A stretch of 49,475 bases of DNA. Origin: an uncultured Candidatus Bathyarchaeia archaeon. GTDB taxonomy: Archaea; Thermoproteota; Bathyarchaeia; RBG-16-48-13; CAYPFQ01. The position numbers and the translations under genes were made by a program. The DNA is taken from the NCBI GenBank assembly GCA_964410135.1, contig CAYPFQ010000001.1, positions 92,373-141,847 on the forward strand, given 5' to 3'. Positions 1-8,765 of the stretch are shown here, piece by piece. A model generated the notes under the pieces. It was given only the letters and a program-made list of their open reading frames with translations. It had not been told where the DNA came from and made no database searches. The first letter of the stretch is position 1. Every line of letters starts with the position of its first letter.

Positions 1-254
1 GCTTGCTTAGCTCCAACCAAAAACTTCTTCGCATCCTCCACCGCCTCATAGTAAACCCTTCCATCATCACCCTGAGTCTTCAGAAGCAATCCCGCTTTAA
101 GAAGCAGTTTAATGTGCTGATCTACAGCTTGTCTTGAAATCCGTAGCATATGAACTAGCTCATCGGGATTATAGCGCTGATTACAGAGAAATTCGAATAT
201 CCGAAAGCGTATGTCACTCTTGGATACAATCCGCAAAACCGCAGGCAGATTCAA
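1..254 (-). CDS. ArsR-like winged-helix transcriptional regulator (partial, runs off window start)
   Basis: Manual translation from TTG at 254 (GGAGG RBS upstream): MNLPAVLRIVSKSDIRFRIFEFLCNQRYNPDELVHMLRISRQAVDQHIKLLLKAGLL...GRVYYEA. HTH pattern 'SRQAVDQHIKLL..AGL'. Not in ORF track. Confidence 0.75.
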   Translation of the reverse strand, partial: MNLPAVLRIVSKSDIRFRIFEFLCNQRYNPDELVHMLRISRQAVDQHIKLLLKAGLLLKTQGDDGRVYYEAVEDAKKFLVGAKQ

Positions 255-414
255 GACAAACCAGTCCTCCTTGGATAAAATAACTAGTTAAAAGCATTTC
301 TTTAAGTCTTCGTCACAGGCTCTCTAACGCCTCTGATAGTTTCAGATGTTCCGAGCTAAGAAAGTTTTTATAACATGGTTGCACAATCACTTCTGTTTCT
401 CCGAGTGGAACGAC

Positions 415-1671
415 TTGCCAAAAACAGTCCGTGATATCTATGAGCTAATGCCCAAGAAAGATTGTGGCTTATGTGGAAATCCAAGTTGCAGGACTGCTGC
501 TAGGAAAATCGCTACAGGCGACATGACCGTAGATCAATGCGCCAACCTCAAGCTTCACGAATTTAAGGAAAACAAAGAGCGAATCCTGCAGCTACTTAAA
601 GAAGGGGTCGAAGTCGGAGCAAAAGGCACAATCGTAATCGGGGAAGAAGGCATAACGTACATTCACCCCTGCATCAGCGAAGCTGGGCGAGTTGCAGCTG
701 AAGCAAAACTCACATCCGGACCAGAAGGAACCGTCCAAAACCTGAAATACGGCTTCTTTGACCCAATCGTAATGTGTTGGGCTCTTAACACCAGCGGACT
801 GTTTAAAAATGTAAGATGCTCTCCGAGACTAGGCACCGCCATCATCAACCTTAACGGAAAAACCGTAACAGTCTTCCATGATGGCAGAATAACTGTGCGC
901 AGAGCCAAGGACAAGCAAGACGCTATTCAAGCCATCAGGTTAACATCGAGGGCATTGTGGGCGAGCATCATCTGTAGTTGTTGCGGGAATGCTGGAGTAG
1001 ATTGCGCCTCGGGCGGGTGCGAAGATTGTCTCACAAAGATTTGTCCAGTGCTTGCAGGAGGTCCTCCAGATCCTCTATCTGCAAGTACAAGTCCAACTGG
1101 TCAAACTACTGGCTCAACCATATTTGAAAGGGCTAAGACCATTGAAACTGGAAAATATTTTGAGAAAGGGTTCCAAAACCTAGATCAAGCGATGGAAGCA
1201 GTAAATCAATCCGCCCACTGGATTTTGAACGGCAGATTCAGCTCAAAGCAAATGGACTCGATTAAAGTGAAGATTGATGAGGCGAACAATCTTGCAATCC
1301 GATTTGTGGTTGAAACTCCACGGGTACAGGATGCTACAATGGGATTGATTCTGGCTGGTGTGACTCTCGATGTCACCAGAATGCTGGAAGGTTTGGAGGT
1401 TCTTGTCCGTTCGAATAAGCAACCAAGTGAAGAGCTAAAGGAGTTATTGCTGACTGCGGTGGAGATTGCTGGACAGGCTTATCAAGCTCTGAGAGCTGTT
1501 AACCTTGACCAAGCTAAACAAATAACCAGCAAATATGTGGAGTTCAAAAAAGCTTGGGGTGAAGCTTTTAGAAAGAACAAAGAAGAGCAGGATATGCTGG
1601 TGGCTATAGAGAAAATTGCTGCAAACGGCTTCTACATCGCGCGGTTATTGACTAAACCCCTTCCAACTTAG
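415..1671 (+). CDS. Multi-cysteine (Fe-S)-binding protein
   Basis: N-terminal IYELMPKKDCGLCGNPSC...C putative Fe-S domain, plus internal CSCCGNAGVDCASGGCEDC...C cluster. Track starts at 346; TTG 415 is preferred because it sits just before the domain and after GAGTGG. Confidence 0.65.
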   Translation: MPKTVRDIYELMPKKDCGLCGNPSCRTAARKIATGDMTVDQCANLKLHEFKENKERILQLLKEGVEVGAKGTIVIGEEGITYIHPCISEAGRVAAEAKLTSGPEGTVQNLKYGFFDPIVMCWALNTSGLFKNVRCSPRLGTAIINLNGKTVTVFHDGRITVRRAKDKQDAIQAIRLTSRALWASIICSCCGNAGVDCASGGCEDCLTKICPVLAGGPPDPLSASTSPTGQTTGSTIFERAKTIETGKYFEKGFQNLDQAMEAVNQSAHWILNGRFSSKQMDSIKVKIDEANNLAIRFVVETPRVQDATMGLILAGVTLDVTRMLEGLEVLVRSNKQPSEELKELLLTAVEIAGQAYQALRAVNLDQAKQITSKYVEFKKAWGEAFRKNKEEQDMLVAIEKIAANGFYIARLLTKPLPT

Positions 1672-1675
1672 GCAC

Positions 1676-2443
1676 TTATAAGACACTGATTATAAGGCTG
1701 GCTATCCCAGCGATCCAGCAGTAGTAGGCGAATTTATACAGATTTCCATGTTTCACAATTCTCAGCAACGCTTTAAATGACAGAAATCCGACAGTCATTG
1801 AGACGCTCATCCCTACGAGGCCTGCTAATAAATCTATATCCCAAACTAAGCCACCCATCTCCACAACCGTAGCTCCGAGAATCGCTGGAATTGAAATCAG
1901 GAAGGCATATTTTACAGCAACTTCCTTCTTAACGCCTCTTATGAGCCCAGCCCCTATTGTTGCGCCGCTTCTGGAGATGCCTGGGGCGATGGCGATTCCC
2001 TGCGCGATGCCGATTAAGATGCTGTCCCACAGGCTCAGTTCTTTACCCTTCGTTTTCTGTTTCGTTGAGAATAGTATGAATCCCGAAATTACGAACCCGA
2101 TGGCAACGGCGAAAAGGTTGTAGAATAGGGGTTCTATAAAAAACCTAAACCCCAAGCCGATGACTCCGGTTGGTATTATCCCTACTAGAATTAGCAGTCC
2201 TAGCCTACCATCCTGTGATTTAAAATCAAGTTTAACGAAACGCTCTACGATCTTCACGATATCCTTGAAGAAAACTAGAATTGTTACGATGATCGTGCCA
2301 AGATGAAGCATGGCATTAAAGATTAGAGGAGGATTAAGCTTCAGGACTTGCTGAATTAAGACTAGATGACCTGAGCTGGAGATTGGTAACCACTCTGTCA
2401 ACGCCTGCACAATTCCGAGAAAGATAGCTTCTAATAAGTTCAT
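1676..2443 (-). CDS. uppP: Undecaprenyl-diphosphate phosphatase (BacA family)
   Basis: QALTEWLPISSSGH and PGISRSGATI motifs; multi-TM. ATG 2443 follows GGTGG (track start 2452). Confidence 0.9.
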   Translation of the reverse strand: MNLLEAIFLGIVQALTEWLPISSSGHLVLIQQVLKLNPPLIFNAMLHLGTIIVTILVFFKDIVKIVERFVKLDFKSQDGRLGLLILVGIIPTGVIGLGFRFFIEPLFYNLFAVAIGFVISGFILFSTKQKTKGKELSLWDSILIGIAQGIAIAPGISRSGATIGAGLIRGVKKEVAVKYAFLISIPAILGATVVEMGGLVWDIDLLAGLVGMSVSMTVGFLSFKALLRIVKHGNLYKFAYYCWIAGIASLIISVL

Positions 2444-2471
2444 AAAAACCACCGCAAACGAGCTTCACATG

Positions 2472-3155
2472 CTACTCGACTAGAGGAAATATCTCCTCAG
2501 CTACGTATGATACAAAGTCAGGTTCGCTTATTTTGCCGAAAACCGCCACTATCCCATCTCTGGTGAGACCAACTATAGTCCCATATTTTTTGGACGTCAT
2601 TACTATATACCAGATTTTTCCGTGGCTGGTGTAGTCTGCGTATAGTGCCGTGTCAGCCAAGCTCGGGCCGCAGAGGGAGAGCTTGCTTATGTTAGGGATG
2701 TCCACATCATCAAACCATATCAGTTTCGTACCCTCAGGATTTTCTTCGTGGAAGTGTTTCATAACTTCCTGCAGTATCCTCACTTCCACTATCTGACCTG
2801 AGGAAATGAAGAGAATTGCACTAAGCTGATTAGCTATCCTATTCGCTTCAAGCTTTTTCTCGATGATTAAGAGCAAAACTCGATTTTTATACGTCGAAAA
2901 TAGGAATGGAGTTTCTTTTGTCATTAGAGTTGGAACTATCTCATCCCTCTGACGAATTCCTATAACCTTGTCTTGAATGAATGATCCATGGAGCATTCCC
3001 CTCCGCAGTGTTAGGTTCTGGATCTCAGTTACAAGTTCAAAGCGGTGCGGCTCCTGCTCAAACATTTCCTCTTTCCTAAAATCCTTCAGCTTTATAGCGA
3101 TCTTGTCTAACCCCAAACTCTCGCGTAGTTTAAAGATCTTTCCAGCCACAACCAT
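2472..3155 (-). CDS. Hypothetical soluble alpha/beta protein, divergent from the SMC operon
   Basis: 227-aa ORF with an upstream purine-rich RBS-like run and normal composition; no motif recognised. Confidence 0.7.
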   Translation of the reverse strand: MVVAGKIFKLRESLGLDKIAIKLKDFRKEEMFEQEPHRFELVTEIQNLTLRRGMLHGSFIQDKVIGIRQRDEIVPTLMTKETPFLFSTYKNRVLLLIIEKKLEANRIANQLSAILFISSGQIVEVRILQEVMKHFHEENPEGTKLIWFDDVDIPNISKLSLCGPSLADTALYADYTSHGKIWYIVMTSKKYGTIVGLTRDGIVAVFGKISEPDFVSYVAEEIFPLVE

Positions 3156-3271
3156 GCTGTTCTCCCTCTCTGTAGCTATCCTAAAAGCCGCTCATCTAAG
3201 TTTAAATCTATGTTCCTCCACGCTTTTCTCGTTACATTACGCTCTTAATAAGATACTAAGTCGTGCAAACA

Positions 3272-5236
3272 ATGTTGGGTAAAGAGGCCGCTTATGTACC
3301 AAGACGGAAATCACCGCCCATCATAGAGGAAGTTACCCTAGAAAATTTCATGTCCTACGAGTATGCCAAAATTCCATTAAAACCAGGTCTAAACATCATT
3401 TGTGGCCCAAATGGCGCTGGAAAATCCTCGATTCTTCTAGCTATCTCAGTCGCCCTTGGGCAAGCGTATACTGAAAGGGCTAGAAAATTAAGTGACCTGA
3501 TTAGACGGGGAAAAGACATAGCCAGGGTGACGATAACATTCGGCACCGTCCTCAGGGAAGGGGAGAATTCCTCTACCAAACACCGGCCAGACAAATTCGT
3601 AATATCTCGATACATAAAGAAAGACGGCACATATTGGTATGAGGTCAACTTCCATCCCAAGAACAAAGAGGAGGTTTCTAGTCTCCTAACTGGTTTCGGA
3701 ATAGATCCCAACAATCTCCTTATAATTATGCACCAAGGTATGCTGGAAGAGTTTGTTACTACAACCCCTCCGCAGAAGCTAAAAATGGTAGAGGATGCTG
3801 TGGGGTTTCGAGAATATCGAGAAAAAATTTTGGAAGCGCAAACTAAGTTAACCAAACTCTTGAGCGAGGAAGCCTCTATCACAAGCCTCCTTGAAAATGC
3901 TGAGCAAACACTCAATCATTGGAAAGAAGAATATGAACGGTATCTGCGCAAAAAGGAGTTGTTGGAGAAGAGAGACTTCCTCGAACGGGAATTAGCCTGG
4001 TCCCAAGTTATTAGAAAGGAGAAGGTCATGCAATCCTTAGAAGATAAGATTCGAAAAAGGAAATTGAAACTGGAGAATATAAAAAATAGAATCGAAAAAG
4101 CAAGGAAATTGATCGGCAGCCTTCAACAAGCCCTTAGCAACCTTTCTATAGAACAGAAGAAACAGTTCTTCACTCTGCTCAGCCTAGAAAAAGAGAGAAG
4201 CGAGGCGGAGACAGCTAAAAAGATCCTCAGTGAAGTTATCGAACAATTGCAAAATCAAAATCCGCTTGCTGAAAATCTTCAGGCGTATCTACACGAAGCC
4301 AAGTCACAAATAGAACGCACAGAGGAAAATATCGGAGAACTAAAAAAGAAGATCTCTGCCATCCAATCCAGCCTAGACAAAACCGAGAAGACCGTAAATC
4401 CAACTATGGAGAGCTACATCGATGAGCGGGTGGAGGAGGCGGTTCTGCTTTTTAGAAAAGAAATGACTGAAAATGAAATCGCCGAATATGAAAAAGAACT
4501 CAAAGAAGCGCAGAGCGAACTCAGCCAACTCCTTCCCATAGCCGAAAAAATGGGTGAGCGTGTTAAGACAGAGCGTTCTTCAATTGAAGTTTCCGAGGAT
4601 CTTAAAGTCACAAACGCCTACATAACATCAATTGGAGAAGTATCTGAAGACACTGAAAAAATGTACAAGCATTACATGAAACTCTACAGTGAACTAAAGG
4701 AAAAGCTTACAATCGTCTCAGAGAATAGGAAAAGAGTTCTGGAAGAGATTGAAGTAAGGAAAAACACTTGGAAAAACATCCTTCAAAAACTTCTCGACGA
4801 TGTTAATCCCATTTACAACCAGATTCTCTCTAGAATGGACGCTATCGGCAGGGTTAGGCTAACCAATTTGGAGTCGATTGAAACTGCAGGTCTGGAGCTA
4901 TCGGTTGGCTTTAGAGGAGCAGAGCCAGCTGTTTTAGATGCCTACACCCAAAGTGGAGGGGAAAGAAGCGTGGCTGTGATGTCCTTCCTTCTAGCGCTAC
5001 AGCATCGCATAGAATCGCCTTTCCGCGCTGTAGATGAATTTGACATTCACATGGATCCAAGGAACCGGGAAGCCATCTATCAAGTTTTAATTTCAACTGT
5101 CAAGGCGGATAGCGAGGTTCAGAATGTCGTAATAACTCCTGGAACAATCACCTCCGCCGACAAAGATGTGCACATAATAACTGTGCAAAATGTGAGAGGG
5201 GTTTCTGAAGTAAGGACTGTGAATTATAATGCTTAA
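3272..5236 (+). CDS. Short SMC-family ATPase, Smc5/6-like (ClsN/Sph/archaea-specific SMC-related type)
   Basis: Walker A GPNGAGKS, Q-loop MHQG, long coiled coil, signature QSGGERS, Walker B FRAVDEFDIHMD, ITP in place of the ITH switch. ATG 3272 lies about 20 nt after TTAATAAG (track start 3263). Confidence 0.9.
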   Translation: MLGKEAAYVPRRKSPPIIEEVTLENFMSYEYAKIPLKPGLNIICGPNGAGKSSILLAISVALGQAYTERARKLSDLIRRGKDIARVTITFGTVLREGENSSTKHRPDKFVISRYIKKDGTYWYEVNFHPKNKEEVSSLLTGFGIDPNNLLIIMHQGMLEEFVTTTPPQKLKMVEDAVGFREYREKILEAQTKLTKLLSEEASITSLLENAEQTLNHWKEEYERYLRKKELLEKRDFLERELAWSQVIRKEKVMQSLEDKIRKRKLKLENIKNRIEKARKLIGSLQQALSNLSIEQKKQFFTLLSLEKERSEAETAKKILSEVIEQLQNQNPLAENLQAYLHEAKSQIERTEENIGELKKKISAIQSSLDKTEKTVNPTMESYIDERVEEAVLLFRKEMTENEIAEYEKELKEAQSELSQLLPIAEKMGERVKTERSSIEVSEDLKVTNAYITSIGEVSEDTEKMYKHYMKLYSELKEKLTIVSENRKRVLEEIEVRKNTWKNILQKLLDDVNPIYNQILSRMDAIGRVRLTNLESIETAGLELSVGFRGAEPAVLDAYTQSGGERSVAVMSFLLALQHRIESPFRAVDEFDIHMDPRNREAIYQVLISTVKADSEVQNVVITPGTITSADKDVHIITVQNVRGVSEVRTVNYNA

Positions 5237-6059
5237 GCAAAAGAAAAAAGTTGAGCGAGAATATCTCCTCCAAATAATCGATTTATGCCGAATGGTAGAG
5301 CGCAGGGGAATTAACCCCTTTGAAGTAGATGTCAAAGAGATCTTGGAGAAACTAAGAGAATATCTGCCAGCTTGGAAAATGCCAAAGGATTTCTGTCTTG
5401 ACGCCGAGACGCTGTATGAGATCGCTGACTTAGTGAGGCTACAGGGAGAATGGATTAAACATCGTTCTTCATCGCTCTATGTTGATTCTATACTAGTAGC
5501 CTTAAAGATTAGAACCCTTGGAGTTGACGGTCTCGCTCACACTCTTCTAAGAGCTTGGCATCCGATTGTAGCAGTAGAGCAGCTTTCTTCTGAAAGGCTT
5601 AGAGACGCTATTAACTATTGGAATGGGCTTCTTCCGCTTAGCCAGAGGATAGCTGGGCTCCCCTCCCGAACTGGTTTATCAGGCGTTGTTGATGCTGATG
5701 AATTGCTTAGGCTGGGAGTTCTGTCAAAAGAGGAGTTCAATAGCATTTTAACCTCTTACTGGAAGGATTTGCTGAAGAAAACTGAGTATAGTGGAAAAAT
5801 GCCATACTGGGATTTTGTGTATGCTGATGACTTTGAAAGCACTGTAGCAAAGGCTTTATTTGTCAGTTTTATGGTGACCTATGGCTACGCCACCCTAGAG
5901 GCAGACCCCGTAAAAAATGAGCTATTCATAGTCCCATTTAAGGAACCCGTGCTTTCTATACATGGAACGCAGGGTTCCTCAGTACCAGTCTCAATAAGTT
6001 ATGAGGACTGGGAGAAACATAGACAGGTGAGAGGTAAGAACATTGGCAAAGAAAGCTGA
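5229..6059 (+). CDS. Kleisin (ScpA/Nse4-like) subunit
   Basis: N-terminal INPFEVDVKEILEKLREYL resembles the ScpA 'IDPWDIDI' helix region. C-terminal FVSFMVTYGYATLEADPVKNELFI resembles the kleisin winged helix. Start overlaps the SMC stop. Confidence 0.7.
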   Translation: MLKQKKKVEREYLLQIIDLCRMVERRGINPFEVDVKEILEKLREYLPAWKMPKDFCLDAETLYEIADLVRLQGEWIKHRSSSLYVDSILVALKIRTLGVDGLAHTLLRAWHPIVAVEQLSSERLRDAINYWNGLLPLSQRIAGLPSRTGLSGVVDADELLRLGVLSKEEFNSILTSYWKDLLKKTEYSGKMPYWDFVYADDFESTVAKALFVSFMVTYGYATLEADPVKNELFIVPFKEPVLSIHGTQGSSVPVSISYEDWEKHRQVRGKNIGKES

Positions 6060-6624
6060 GGAAGCTGCGAGTTACGCTCGAAAATTGCGTAAGGCTGCCC
6101 AGCTTCTCTTTTTCCAGAGGCATAAAAAGCCAGGTGTCAAAGGATGGGAGTTGAAGAAGGTTCTCGGGAAGGATTACATGAAGGTTATAGGTCTTCTCAG
6201 TATTGAACTAGAAAAACTGGGATTTCAAATCAAGACTTTATCTGAAGAAGCCGAGTCTCCTGAAGGTTCAACTGAAGAGCAAGTGGATAGAGCCAGATTT
6301 TTCGTAACTTTAAAGGAGCCTGTGGCATCACCAGAAGCTATAGCAGGAGGCTGGAGAATCGACGATATTGCAATGCTAGCCGCCGTAGTGGCATACATCA
6401 TCTCAAAGCAGGGGAAAGCTCCAAGGAGAGAGGTGGAACAGATCCTCAGAGATAAGTTTCCTATGTGGCGAATTGAACTCAATCTAGAACGATTCATACG
6501 AAGAGGATATCTAGCCCAAGATGAAGAGGGTGTTCTATACTTGGACTGGAGAGCAAGAGCCGAAATAGACTCAAAAGCGTTGCTCAATCTCATACTTGGA
6601 GGAGTGGAAAAGAGGGAATCCTAA
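6043..6624 (+). CDS. KITE (tandem winged-helix; ScpB/Nse1/Nse3-like) subunit
   Basis: Two wHTH-like halves; C-terminal LERFIRRGYL...LYLDWRARAEID resembles Nse1/MAGE WH-B. Overlaps the kleisin stop. Confidence 0.7.
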   Translation: MAKKAEEAASYARKLRKAAQLLFFQRHKKPGVKGWELKKVLGKDYMKVIGLLSIELEKLGFQIKTLSEEAESPEGSTEEQVDRARFFVTLKEPVASPEAIAGGWRIDDIAMLAAVVAYIISKQGKAPRREVEQILRDKFPMWRIELNLERFIRRGYLAQDEEGVLYLDWRARAEIDSKALLNLILGGVEKRES

Positions 6625-6654
6625 TCCCTCATAGAATCAATTAGGTATGAGAAA

Positions 6655-7407
6655 ATGGCAGGTTTAACAGCTCAAGCCCAAATTCAGGCTCAAAGGGCTA
6701 AAATTCCTCGCATATTGTTGGGCACATCTCCCTTCATTGGAGCTGGACAATTTGGCTCCCGGGCTTTCCAGTACTATTGTCATTTCTATGAGCACCCAGA
6801 AAACATAGTCAAAATCATCGGTAAATCCACTGATTTAGGGGTTCGCGGGATCCATGTGCTTCCATACCCTCCAGTTGTCAAAGCGATTAAACTTGCTGAG
6901 CATGACCTCAAATTAGAACTATCTGTTCTCGGAACAGTACGTTCAGAGGATCCTTACGGGGACATCGAGATTCTACAAGGTTTAAGGGCTGTAGCTATGC
7001 TTATTCACGGTGAGATAACCGACTCACATAACCAAAATAAAATCAATGAGCTCCTCAATCAAATTCGGCAGGTAGGATCCTTAGCTGGCATAGTTACTCA
7101 CGCGCCTTTTTCTACTCTAGAATGGGTGCAGAAAGCCGGCATTGACATCGACATGATCATGATCCCCTTTAATAAGCTCGGGAAATTCATGGACTCCACT
7201 CCTGAGAAAGTGTTAGAGGTAGCATTGAGAACTGGCAGGCTCCTAATTGGAAAAAAGGTATTAGCTGCAGGCGGGCTGGGTCCTCGTGAAGGATTAGAGT
7301 ATGCCTTTAAAAACGGCATTAAAACCGTGGCTGTTGGAATAGCGTCTGAATCAGAGGCTGAGGAAACTTTTTCAGTAGCGACTGAGTTGCTGCGAAAATA
7401 TCAGTAA
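6655..7407 (+). CDS. Aldo/keto-reductase-like TIM-barrel protein
   Basis: IPRILLGTSPF, MIPFNKLG and IGKKVLAAG segments are typical of the AKR-like fold; catalytic residues are not clearly canonical. Confidence 0.5.
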   Translation: MAGLTAQAQIQAQRAKIPRILLGTSPFIGAGQFGSRAFQYYCHFYEHPENIVKIIGKSTDLGVRGIHVLPYPPVVKAIKLAEHDLKLELSVLGTVRSEDPYGDIEILQGLRAVAMLIHGEITDSHNQNKINELLNQIRQVGSLAGIVTHAPFSTLEWVQKAGIDIDMIMIPFNKLGKFMDSTPEKVLEVALRTGRLLIGKKVLAAGGLGPREGLEYAFKNGIKTVAVGIASESEAEETFSVATELLRKYQ

Positions 7408-7427
7408 TTCCACATTTAGTTCAGAGC

Positions 7428-8162
7428 TTACCTAGCAGATACAATCTGACTAAAGTCGAGCAAGGGTCCACCGACAATCTTCAGCCTCGGAACAATCTTG
7501 TCCTTTGTGATTTCGATAATATTGTAGGAGTTCTCGAAGAACCCGCGTAGCCTACTGGTTGAGACTGCTCCAGCGCAAACAAAATCTATGCCATTCAAGT
7601 TCCACATCCACGGTCTGTGGCGGTGTCCGCTCAAAACAAGGTCAGTGTGGAGGTTTGAAACTGCCTTTAGCACATCTCCTGCATCTTCAACGATCGCCTT
7701 CTCTAGTCCGGTGTCCGGAATCGGGATTAGATGGTGGTGCATCACCAGAATGTTTATCTTTTCTCTTGATCCTGTGAATGCTTTTTCGATCAGCTCCATC
7801 TGATCCCTGCTTATGCGTCCCTCATCCCTATCCGGTCTTGCAGTGTTAACGTACACAATAGTGTAACTATCGCCGTCGAAAATTCCTCCAGGCTTTCCGA
7901 ACAGCTCCTCAAAAATTATGAATCCCGTATGTCTTGCATCGTGGTTACCCATTGTGAAAATTTTTGTAGGACATGTAATTTGATCGATGAAGCGTTTTGC
8001 CTCTTCGAACTCACTCTTAATTCCATTCTCGGTTAAATCGCCAGCTAGAATCACGACATCCGGCTTCAATGCATTGATTTCGCTGATGGCTTCTGTCAGC
8101 TTAGTCTTCAGAAATATTTCAGTGGGGCCACAGTGAATGTCTGAAATTTGAACGATTATCAT
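7428..8162 (-). CDS. Calcineurin-like metallophosphoesterase
   Basis: Motifs DIH, GDLT, GNHD, HH, GHRH. Track start 8180. Confidence 0.9.
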   Translation of the reverse strand: MIIVQISDIHCGPTEIFLKTKLTEAISEINALKPDVVILAGDLTENGIKSEFEEAKRFIDQITCPTKIFTMGNHDARHTGFIIFEELFGKPGGIFDGDSYTIVYVNTARPDRDEGRISRDQMELIEKAFTGSREKINILVMHHHLIPIPDTGLEKAIVEDAGDVLKAVSNLHTDLVLSGHRHRPWMWNLNGIDFVCAGAVSTSRLRGFFENSYNIIEITKDKIVPRLKIVGGPLLDFSQIVSAR

Positions 8163-8225
8163 GGGAACCACTTTGTACAAAAACCTAAACTAAACATTCT
8201 GATTAATCTGCTTTTAGGTGATTTA

Positions 8226-8765
8226 ATGGTAAAGAAAGATTCCATAACGTCTTTTTGGAGAATTACGGCACCTCACCCAGCTGTACTGGCTACCGCTGTT
8301 AGCAAAAAAGGAAAGCCAAATATAATTTCTCTAGCTTGGGCTATGCCCGCTTCAATAAAACCTCCGCTCTTCGTCATCAGCGTTGGGAAAACGCGCTACA
8401 CTCACCAACTCCTAGAAGAGACTGGCGAGTACGTGGTAAATGTTCCGACAAAGGAGCTTGCTGATAAAGTTCAGTTCTGCGGGTCGGTTTCGGGTAGAAG
8501 TGTAGATAAAATCGCAAAATCTGGTTTGACATTGAAACCAGCGAAGAAAGTGAAGCCCCCTATCATCGCAGAATGCATTGCCCACATCGAATGCAAAGTA
8601 ATAAATAAAGTCTCAGCTGGCGATCATACGCTTTTCGTCGGGGAAGTGCTAGCCGCTTACGCTGAGGACGCTTTCACAGATAAATGGGACATATCTAAAG
8701 TCAAACTACTGCAACATGTAGGAGTGAATACCTACTCCACGCCGTCCGAGCCGTTCAACGCCTAA
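8226..8765 (+). CDS. Flavin reductase-like (flavoredoxin/DIM6-NTAB) protein
   Basis: NIISLAWAMP, SG..VDK, PPIIAECIAHIEC, GDHTLFVGEV; AGGTGA RBS before ATG 8226. Confidence 0.85.
   Translation: MVKKDSITSFWRITAPHPAVLATAVSKKGKPNIISLAWAMPASIKPPLFVISVGKTRYTHQLLEETGEYVVNVPTKELADKVQFCGSVSGRSVDKIAKSGLTLKPAKKVKPPIIAECIAHIECKVINKVSAGDHTLFVGEVLAAYAEDAFTDKWDISKVKLLQHVGVNTYSTPSEPFNA

Noticed and set aside
3272-6624. Reading the SMC operon as a Wadjet or Lamassu defence system
   Set aside because: No Toprim/nuclease or effector gene, gene order differs, the SMC is short, and the surroundings are housekeeping rather than a defence island.
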